A DNA stretch of 61,206 bases, the filler included. It is 9 parts of 9 records of this genome, joined end to end, with 100 filler letters (N's around TTAATTAATTAA, not from the genome) between each part and the next. Parts side by side here need not be neighbours in the genome. Positions count along the whole stretch, not along the records: positions 1 to 5,742 come from SRR31147125_84175; positions 5,843 to 11,120 come from SRR31147125_84344; 7 more parts are not named here. One strand, written 5' to 3'. Position numbers and translations under genes: made by a program. Of this stretch, positions 1-8,996 are shown one piece after another (positions within the stretch are counted from its first letter, which is position 1; each line of letters starts with the position of its first letter). Below the pieces are notes generated by a model. That model was not told the origin of the DNA, did no database searches, and saw only the letters and a program-made list of their open reading frames with translations.

Positions 1-990
1 CCTCGGCGTGTGGCGTTTTGGGCTTTGCTGAAATGGATGTTCAATATGCTGATAAAGTAATAATGGTAACTGATAATCTGGTTGATTTCCCATGTCTTCC
101 AATGCAACTCGAAGGAAATTATGTGGATTATGTGGTTGAAGTCGAAAAAATTGGTATTCCCGAAAAAATTGTTTCTGGCACAACACAAATTACCCGAAGT
201 CCCGACAGATTGAAAATTGCTGAACTTACAGCTCAGTTTTGTCTCGAAACCGGAATCCTGCAAGATAAATGTGTAATTCAATCTGGTGCTGGAAGTATTT
301 CGTTAGCTATTGGTGTTTTTATTCATCAGATTTTTAAGGAAAAAAAGTGGCAGGCCAGTGTAAGTTTTGGCGGAAGTACAAAATATAGTGTTCAGATGCT
401 GAAAGAAGGTACCACCGCAAAAATTCTGGAAGGGCAGCTTTTCGATACGGCGGCCATTGAGTCTATTCGTGAAAATCCAAATCATCACAGCTATTCGGTT
501 TTTAATGCTTATAATTTTCATGCAAAAGGAAATTTGACTTCTCTGATTGACCTGGTGACACTGGGTGCTACCGAAGTGGATGTTAATTTTAACGGAAATG
601 TAGTCACTCATTCCGATGGTTATTTGCTGCATGGAATTGGTGGGTGGCAAAATTGTCTGCATGCAAAAAATGTAATTCTTCCAATACCTCTTTTTCGCGA
701 CCGAATTCCGGTAATCGTAGATGAAGTAACTACGCTGTGCGCCGGGTGAAATGATTGATGTAATTGTTACCGAACGCGGAATTGCAATAAATCCTTTGCG
801 CACTGATTTAATTGAAAAAGCAAAAAATACCAGTTTGCCACTAAAAACCATTCAACAGCTAAAAGATGAAGCTGAACAAATTTGCGGGAAACCTGAAAAA
901 CCAAAATTTACCGATAAAGTAATAGGTGTAGTAAAATGGGTTGATGGAACAGTTATCGATACCGTTTACCAGGTGAAAAAAGATGAATAG
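1..990 (+). CDS. citF: Citrate lyase alpha subunit / citrate CoA-transferase family; 5'-truncated, split by a frameshift near 740
   Basis: ORFs 18..749 and 751..990 join into one CitF-like protein: QSGAG, LGATEVDVNFNGNVVTHSDG, GIGG, then (PGE)MIDVIVTERGIAINP and VKWVDGTVIDTV. Confidence 0.85.
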
Positions 991-1077
991 AATAAACGCG
1001 GGGCTTTAACCTGGGGAAATAGATAAAAAACCTAAAGGCTTTAGCCATTAATAAAGATCAAATTTTAAAAAATAAAT

Positions 1078-2271
1078 ATGAAAAGAACAATAGTAAAACT
1101 TCCGGGCGACGGAATCGGAAGAACCGTGTTGGAAGAAGCCATTCGTGTTTTAGATGCAGCTGGTTTTGAGGCTGATTATTTAGAAGGTGATATTGGCTGG
1201 GAATTCTGGAAAAGAGAAGGAAATCCTTTACCGCAAAGAACCATTCAACTTTTGGAAAAACATAAAACTGCACTGTTTGGTGCAATTACTTCTAAACCCA
1301 AAGATGAGGCTTTTGCTGAACTAGCTCCTGAATTAAAAGAAAAAGGGTTGGTCTATTCGAGCCCGATTGTAGGACTTCGACAGCATTTTAAACTCGATAT
1401 TTGTTTACGTCCCTGTCGCTCGTATAAGGGAAATCCCTTGAATTTTATTCGTCGCGGACAGGGTGGCGTAATTGAAGAACCGCCGGTCGATGTGGCCATT
1501 TTCAGGCAAAATACCGAAGGATTGTACGGCGGTGTGGAATGGAGCAATCCACCGGCAAAAGTGTTTGAAGCGTTAATGACTCACCCTAAATTTGTTAAGA
1601 ATTTTGGGAACGTACCGGTTGAGGAATTGTCGGTTTCTACACGGATTTTTACAAAAAAAGCTACTTCCCGCATTTTATATGCTGCTTTTAATCATGCCCG
1701 AAAATATAACTATAGTTCGGTAACATTATGTGAGAAACCAAATGTAATTCGCGAAACATCGGGGATGATGTATAAAATGGCAAAGGAAATCCAGAAAAAA
1801 GAATTCCCGGAAATTGAATTGTGGAATACCAACATCGACGCTCAAATGATGTGGCTTACAAAAAATCCAGAGAATTACGGCGTAATTGTCGCCGGAAATA
1901 TGTTTGGCGATATTGTTTCAGATGCATTTGCCGGATTGATTGGCGGACTGGGATTTGCATGTTCAGCACAAATAAATCCCGATTCAGGAATTGGCGTTTT
2001 TGAGCCTACTCACGGATCCGCACCAAAATATGCCGGGTATCCGGTTTCTATTGTTAACCCGATTGCCATGATAGAATCGGCATGTATGATGCTCGACCAT
2101 TTAGATGAACAGAAAATTGCACAAAAAATTCGTGAAGCAATTTCAGCTGTAATTCAGGAAGGAAAAGTTCAAACCTACGATATGAAAAAAATGACGGGTA
2201 ACCCGGATGTATTAAAGAGGGGTGCTGCTTCAACACAACAAATGACCAATGAAATTATTTCAAAACTTTGA
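1078..2271 (+). CDS. Isocitrate/isopropylmalate/homoisocitrate dehydrogenase family protein
   Basis: LPGDGIG start, FGAITS, YSSPIVGLR, RQNTEGLY, NMFGDIVSD, FEPTHGSAPKY, NPIAMI motifs. Confidence 0.9.
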   Translation: MKRTIVKLPGDGIGRTVLEEAIRVLDAAGFEADYLEGDIGWEFWKREGNPLPQRTIQLLEKHKTALFGAITSKPKDEAFAELAPELKEKGLVYSSPIVGLRQHFKLDICLRPCRSYKGNPLNFIRRGQGGVIEEPPVDVAIFRQNTEGLYGGVEWSNPPAKVFEALMTHPKFVKNFGNVPVEELSVSTRIFTKKATSRILYAAFNHARKYNYSSVTLCEKPNVIRETSGMMYKMAKEIQKKEFPEIELWNTNIDAQMMWLTKNPENYGVIVAGNMFGDIVSDAFAGLIGGLGFACSAQINPDSGIGVFEPTHGSAPKYAGYPVSIVNPIAMIESACMMLDHLDEQKIAQKIREAISAVIQEGKVQTYDMKKMTGNPDVLKRGAASTQQMTNEIISKL

Positions 2272-2278
2272 ATTGAAA

Positions 2279-2827
2279 ATGATGGAAAATATTTTTGAGT
2301 TATGGCCAGAATTACGTTGGATTGAGAATGATGATCTTCGATACAAAACAAGTAAAACCTGGCAGGTTGCTATAGAAAGGAGTGTTTTAACAGCCAACGA
2401 TTTAAAACGAATTCCATTTACACTGCTTTGCGGCGATTTAAAAGTTTCGTTTATGGATCATAAACGTGTAGTGGTTCATATTGCGCGTGATGCAGGTATA
2501 AAAATGAATGAATTTTTTAAAGATGAACTTCCTGTTGATATGGATATTTTAATTGCCGGTGCTATACTGGCTGATGTTGGGAAGTTACTTGAATATGTTT
2601 TGGATGAAAACGATAATGCGGTACAGGGTGATTATGGGAAGTACCTTCGCCATCCTTTTTCAGGCGTTTCACTCGCTGAAGATTGTGGGATTCCTGCAGA
2701 GGTTTGTCATATTATTGCAACACATGCCGGCGAAGGAAATATGGTAAAACGTACTACAGAAGCATACATCGTTCATCATGCCGACTTTATGACTTTTTTG
2801 CCTTTTAAAGAACGTTTAAAAATTTAA
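2279..2827 (+). CDS. HD-superfamily (HDIG-like) metal-dependent phosphohydrolase with a variant motif
   Basis: MDH...GAILADVGK...RHPFSG...IIATH...HHAD; the HD doublet reads AD; probable start ATG 2279. Confidence 0.75.
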   Translation: MMENIFELWPELRWIENDDLRYKTSKTWQVAIERSVLTANDLKRIPFTLLCGDLKVSFMDHKRVVVHIARDAGIKMNEFFKDELPVDMDILIAGAILADVGKLLEYVLDENDNAVQGDYGKYLRHPFSGVSLAEDCGIPAEVCHIIATHAGEGNMVKRTTEAYIVHHADFMTFLPFKERLKI

Positions 2828-2837
2828 GCAAAAAATT

Positions 2838-4651
2838 ATGACCCTAATTGAAAAAATATTAGCCAATCATTCCGGGAAAAAGAAAGTTTTCCCAGGCGAT
2901 ATTATCGATGTTGAAATTGATGTTCGTCTAGCACGTGATTTTGGTGGCGCCAACGTGGTAAAAAACATTGAAGTAAATCAACTTGAAGTTGAAAATGCAG
3001 AGAAAACATGGTTTACTTTCGATTGTAATCCAACTGGTTCCGATCAGAAATATGCAGCAAATCAACAGTATTGCCGCAATTTTGCTCGCGATAATAAGAT
3101 TTCTGTTTTTGATATCGATGCTGGAATTGGAACACACCTGGCTATTGATAAAGGTTTGGCTGTGCCGGGTTGCACACTCGTTTCCACCGATTCGCATGCA
3201 AATATTCTGGGTGCAATCGGTAGTTTTGGACAAGGTATGGGCGACCAGGATATTGCAGCTGCCTGGGCAAATGGCAAAGTGTGGTTTAAAGTACCACATT
3301 CGGTAAAACTTGAATTTAACGGAATTTGTCCGCCCAATGTTTATGCAAAAGATGTGGTTTTAAATTTATTGCAAAGGTTCGGTGCCAATTCGCTTTTAGG
3401 AAAAGCTGTTGAAATAGCTGGTGATAAATTGGAGCAGTTTACACTCGATCAACGAATTACTATTTCTTCAATGGCCACTGAAATGGGAGCAATTGCGGTT
3501 CTTTTCCCACCTTCCGATGAGATAATTACGTATTGTAAAGAACGTTCGGGGAAAAAGTTTAAGCCTGTTTTTGCTGATAACGATGCTCGTTATTCAGAAA
3601 CGTTTTCAGTAGATCTGGCTGAATTTATTCCTGCTATATCAATGCCCGGGAAACCGCATGATGTAAAAGATGTGGAAGAAGTATTGGGTGAAAAAATTGA
3701 TTCGGTTTTTATTGGAAGTTGTACCAATGGAAGAATGGAGGATTTAATTGTTGTTGCAAATATTTTGGAAGATAAAAAGGTAGCCCCGGGAGTGGTTTTT
3801 AAAATTGTTCCGGCAACCGATGAAATCTGGCAAAGATGCCTCGATGAAGGATTGATTAAAATCTTTAAAGATGTCGGAGCATTGGTTGGTAATGCAGGTT
3901 GCGCCGGTTGTGCTGCTGGGCAGATTGGGCAAAATGGCCCCGGCGAAGTTACGGTAAGTACCGGTAATCGAAATTTTGCAGGGAAACAGGGAAAAGGAGA
4001 AGTTTATCTCGTTTCTCCGGCAACAGCAGCAGCATCGGCAATTGCCGGGCATATTACCACAGAAACCTATTTGCCCGATTCACCAACGCTTTTTTTATCG
4101 AAAAAGAAAAATCGAGTGTACAGGAATCTGTGAAAATAGAAAAAACAGTAGCTGCCGAAATTGTTACCGGTAAAGTGTGGATTATTGAAGAAGATAATAT
4201 CGATACAGATATGATCTTTCATAATCAGCACCTGGCAATTATTAATATTCAGGAAATGGGAAAATTTGCTTTTAGCAATTTAAAAGGCTGGGAAGATTAT
4301 GCGCAAAATTCAGAGCCCGGCGATATTATAATTACCGGTAAAAATTTTGGATCAGGAAGCTCGCGTCAACAAGCTGTCGATTGTTTTAAATCGCTGCAAA
4401 ATCAGGCAATCCTTGCTAAATCATTTGGGGCAATTTACGAACGAAATGCCATAAATGCAGCATTCCCGGTTTTGGTATACAAAAATCTGGATAAACTAAA
4501 ATTGAAAAATCGCGACCAAATTCAGATAAACTTAAAAAATGGGAAAGTAACTAATCTGGAAAATGGTTTGGAAGTGCAAATTGAATCATTTTCAAAAGTA
4601 CAAATGCAGATCTATAAAAAGGGTGGATTATTAAATCCGGTGAATAATTAA
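2838..4651 (+). CDS. Aconitase-family (LeuC/HacA-type) large subunit, probably fused to a LeuD-type small subunit; frameshift near 4100-4130
   Basis: ORF 2838..4133 has DSH, GSCTNGR, GCAGC and STGNRNF. ORF 4130..4651 has NIDTDMI and GKNFGSGSSRQQA. The downstream frame is open back through the A-rich tract (KSSVQESVKIEK), suggesting one fused gene; two genes overlapping at GTGA (4130-4133) are also possible. Confidence 0.75.
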
Positions 4652-4702
4652 ACATTCCTCGAATTCCTTTTAAAGGGATATAAGGGTAAAATTAAAAAAA
4701 CA

Positions 4703-5742
4703 ATGGAAGGAAAAACATTTGTTGAAAAAGTACTGGAAGCAAGAGCAGGAGAAATTGTATTTCGTAAACCTGATTTGGTATTGACTCACGATAATACTTC
4801 CAGCATTGAAACCATTTTTGAAAAAATGGGAGGTGAAAAAGTAAATGATCCCAGTCAGTTGGTAGTGGTACTCGATCATAATGCGCCACCAACAGATTCA
4901 AACCTGGCCAATAAATATCAGGCAATCCGTAATTTTGCAAAAGAACAGAGAATTCATAAATTTCACGATGCCGGAAGTGGAATTTGTCATCAGATAATGG
5001 CAAAATATGCACGGCCTGGAATGATTGTGGTTGGTAGCGACAGTCATACCTGTACTGCAGGTGCATTTAATTCACTTGCTGTCGGCATCGATCGTACCGA
5101 AGCTGCCGGGATATGGAAAACCGGAGAAACCTGGTTTAAAGTTCCCGAAACAATTAAAATAAATCTTTCAGGTGAATTGCAGAAATACGTTTCTGCTAAA
5201 GATTTGGCACTTTATATAATTGGGATGCTGGGTTCAAGTGGGTAGATTATCTGTCCATTGAATTTCATGGGAATGGAGTAACAAATTTATCAATTTCTGA
5301 TCGGATGACCATTGCCAATCTGGCTTCAGAAATGGGAGCTAAAAATGCAGCTTTTCCACCCGATAGTGTGTTAAGTATGTTTCTGGGTTACGAGGCTCAC
5401 GGCGACTGGGCCGATCATAATGCAAATTATTTGAAAGAAGTAGATATTAATCTTTCTGAAATAGTTCCGTTGGTGGCCTGCCCGCATCATGTCGATAATG
5501 TAAAAACAATTTTCGAAGTGGGTGAAATTCCTGTTCAGCAAGCCTTAATTGGAACATGTACAAACGGACGAATTGAAGATTTACGTAAAGCATCGGAAGT
5601 TTTAAAAGGGAAACATATTCCTGAAGGTTTTCAGTTGTTGGTGACACCGGCATCAAAAGAAATTTATTTACAGGCAATTCACGAAAATATTGTTGAAACT
5701 TTCTTAAATGCCGGAGCAAATATTCTTTCTCCGTCGTGTGGC
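4703..5742 (+). CDS. Second aconitase-family (LeuC/HacA-type) large subunit; frameshift near 5242, 3'-truncated
   Basis: LDHNAP, GICHQ, GSDSHTCTAGA, SAKDLAL; continues in the shifted frame DYLSIEFHG..RMTIANLASEMGAK..GTCTNGR..SCG. Confidence 0.85.
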
Positions 5743-5842
5743 NNNNNNNNNNNNNNNNNNNNNNNNNNNNNNNNNNNNNNNNNNNNTTAATTAATTAANN
5801 NNNNNNNNNNNNNNNNNNNNNNNNNNNNNNNNNNNNNNNNNN
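5743..5842. other. Artificial contig spacer (N-run with TTAATTAATTAA). Equivalent spacers at 11121-11220, 20315-20414, 27154-27253, 37766-37865, 43181-43280, 48462-48561 and 54448-54547
   Basis: 100-nt N blocks with a central six-frame stop linker; genes are truncated at the edges and composition changes across them. Confidence 0.98.
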
Positions 5843-6779
5843 CAACGGATGGTGCTTTACCTGGGGAATTACAGCCATGGGAGCCACTCATGTCTGCTTA
5901 CGGAAAGTGATCCCCGAAGAGATTTACAAAATCATTGAAACGGAAAAAATTACCCATCTTTGCGCGGCCCCCACCATTCTTATCGGTATGTCCGCCTATG
6001 CCACGGAACAGAATATCAAACTCTCCCATAAGCTGGAAATCATGACCGCCGGTGCCCCTCCGGCCCCTACTGTCATTCAAAACATGGAAGAGGTGGGTGC
6101 CAATATCACCCAGACCTATGGCTTGACGGAAGTGTTCGGTCCCCATAGTGTTTGCCAGTGGCAGAAAAAATGGGACGATCTGCCGGCCATGGAAAAATCC
6201 CAGTTAAAGGCGCGTCAGGGGGTTCCTTATATTGTGGCCGCCTACATGGATGTGGTGGATCCCATCACCATGGCGCCGGTACCCAGGGATGGAAAGACCA
6301 TGGGAGAGATCGTCATGCGCGGCAACAATGTTATGCTGGGATACTATAAGGACACCAAGGCCACAGATAACGCCTTTTTCGGAGGATGGTTCCACAGCGG
6401 CGATCTTGCCGTCATGCACCCGGACAACTATGCCCAGATCATGGATCGGAAAAAGGATATCATTATCAGTGGCGGAGAGAATATCTCCACTGTCGAAATT
6501 GAAAATGTATTGTATCGCCATCCCGATGTCCTGGAAGTGGCGGTGATTCCCGTTCCGGATGAGAAATGGGGGGAAGTGCCCAAGGCCTTTGTTGTTCTAA
6601 AAAAAGCGGCTGAAGCTGACGCGGAAGGACTCATTGCATTTTGTAAAGACAATATGGCGCGATTCAAGGCCCCTAAATACGTAGAATTTGGAGACCTTCC
6701 CAAAACAGCCACCGGTAAAATTCAAAAATTCAAGCTCAGAGATCGGGAGTGGCAGGGAGTCGAGCGACGGGTAAATTAG
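5843..6779 (+). CDS. AMP-dependent acyl-CoA synthetase (ANL superfamily), 5'-truncated
   Basis: NGWCFTW, TYGLTE, GEIVMRG, GWFHSGD, DRKKDIIISGGENI, LPKTATGKIQK. Confidence 0.9.
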
Positions 6780-6786
6780 CAAGGAT

Positions 6787-6811
6787 GGGGACGGATTTTA
6801 AATTCGTCCCC
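6787..6811. repeat. REP-like palindrome GGGGACGGATTTTAAATTCGTCCCC; related copy at 41262-41285
   Basis: Near-perfect hairpin just after a stop codon; the second copy GGGACGGATTTAAACTCTGTCCTC follows the moxR stop. Confidence 0.65.
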
Positions 6812-6897
6812 AAAGCACAGCAAATTTGTAAGGCTATCCGGGTAGGTGATGTCCTGAGGAGAGATCCACCTACCCTTAACCACAATTCAAGGGGAGA

Positions 6898-8231
6898 ATG
6901 AACATGGCAGAAGCAGGTGTTATTCAATCTGAAAGTACGTTGAGCAAAAGTGTCAAATCCGTACCGGCGGCAGCACCCGGAGAGTTGGTACCCAGATGGG
7001 GGCAACCGATAACCGGTATTATTTCTCTGGTATGCTTCACAACCATTGCGCTGGGCATCTGGTATCTTGTCAGCGATCCCAGAGGACCCGTGGGGTGGTT
7101 TCCCTATCCGTTTGTCATGTATTTGGCAATGATGATTCTTGTGGGACTCTATCAGCACATGTTTCTCGGGGATTGGCCGTTTGAAAAATTACCCCAACCC
7201 CTTCGCGGTGTCGTTGAAACCGTCGTCAATCTGTTTTTAGTTTGGTTTATCATCCATATCGTCTTTTACAAACTGTTCGGTTTGGGATTCAATTTTTAAG
7301 CCAGGAAAATCTTGAGAGTCTTGCGGCAGCCGGCCAGGCCGGTAACCTCGATCTGGCCACCATGCAGGCAAAACATTTTGCAGAAAGTGCCGTGGTCTGC
7401 TTTGTATTGATCGGATTTTACAGCTATCCTTTTGTCACCATTCTTTTCGGCAAATGGCCCGTCCGTCCCAGCGAGCTTCCCCAACCCCAGGCAGGCCTGC
7501 TTGAAATCGGATGGTGCTCCATGTGGACACTTTTCTTTTATGTCGCTCTGATTGTTCCGTTCTGGGGATTGGTGTACGGCAATGTTCTTGGAAGCTCTTT
7601 TGGATTGAACACCCCCTGGTGGGGCAATATTGCGGGAATGACTCATCTTCACTGGGTTTTTGGCTGGTGGGAGTGGATGATCATTATTCTTTTCATGACC
7701 CCCAATGTATGGCGCATGAAACCCTGGAGCCTGATTCCTTTTCCGCAACCCTGGAAAGGCTTGATCTCTTTTGTCGTCAATGTTGTCGGTGCGTATATCA
7801 TTGCTTTGATTTGTGTAAAAATTGCCCCGTTGTGGTTGCCGCATGATGTGATTCACCATTTGCAGGAAGCCAAACCGGGCGATGCCGAGCTTCTCAGGTT
7901 TCTGTGGTACCATGCCGCTGAGATTGCAGGCTTTACCTTGATTCCGTTTTTGATCTGGCACCACTATTTCGATGACATGGTGCCCATGGCGGACAAGGAT
8001 TCCTGGGCCGCATTCGCGTTCAGAACCGTCGGGGTCCTGGTACTGTGCGCCATCAATTACGCATTTTTCTACACATCAGGTTTTGGAGAGTGGGCGTTGG
8101 GAAATCCGCATTGGGATCATAAGTTTGTTCATGGGGAGTCACTGGTCTGGAACTTCTGGTGGATCATTCCGCTGCTGTGGAATGAGTGGTTCTTCCACAA
8201 ATGGCCATTTTACACCCATGGGGACCATTAA
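6898..8231 (+). CDS. Trp-rich polytopic membrane protein (resembles proteins annotated 'AAT family amino acid transporter'); frameshift near 7296
   Basis: ORFs 6898..7299 and 7242..8231 join (LGFNF-LSQENL); many hydrophobic segments and repeated (D/K)WP...PQP motifs. Confidence 0.6.
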
Positions 8232-8741
8232 TCCAATCGGTTATGAAGTCCCTCCGTTGAAATAAGCATGTCCACGCTGCCGTCTCCCATGACGGCAGCC
8301 CCTTCAAAAACACCTTTTCCACAGGTACCGCATCCACCGGCTTGGTCCCCACCTTCCGATTGCCCCTGCCCATCACCATCTCTTCCTTGTCGTCGCCGAC
8401 GGTACTGATCTCTTCCGGCAAAGGAACAAACGACTCGCCAATCACCTCCATGGTCCTCTTCCTGGGCACTGAACCTGAAAAGAATCTCCATGTTGAAAGG
8501 ATATCCAGGGCTTCCTGTCCGTTTCCGCCGGGCTGCCACGGCCATTATTGCCGGTCCGGAACGGATTGAAAATTACGCCCGAATTTCATAAATGCCGATT
8601 GTAAATGGGTGAGAGCCCACAAGTTCATCCTTGTATTTTAAAATGGGGTTAAGATATAGTCAATGCGAAATATGGCTCATGAATGGACTTGAATCGGGAC
8701 AAGGGCGCTGAATAAAAAAATGAAGGTGCTTGTGATGGACG

Positions 8742-8996
8742 ATGGTAAATTGGAACGAAAATTCATCTCCAGGGCACTGCGATCATTTGGACATGGTGTG
8801 CTCCTTGCCGAAGAGGGCCGTAAAGCGCTCCGGTATCTCAATGATCATGAGTTTTCAGTTGGAAAAAATTGGGGCGTCACGCCCCTTTGATACGGAATTG
8901 GAGAGGGCCCGTCAGCTGTTTCATCATCTGACTGCCGCCTTTGAACAAATAACAGTAGAACTTAAGCAGTTTCAAAGTAGATTGATCCCATCATGA
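8742..8996 (+). pseudogene. Possible degenerate HPt-domain remnant
   Basis: C-terminal SFQLEKIG...LERARQLFHHLTAAFEQITVEL resembles HPt helices; the HxLKG motif is absent. Confidence 0.25.

Noticed and set aside
740-5245. Stops inside conserved genes (TGA at 747-749, TAG at 5243-5245) as selenocysteine or pyrrolysine recoding
   Set aside because: Homology resumes in a different frame, so these are indels, not read-through codons
8164-8569. Overlapping short ORFs, one with PVEKVF(E)G faintly like a DapF C-terminus
   Set aside because: Too degenerate to support any call
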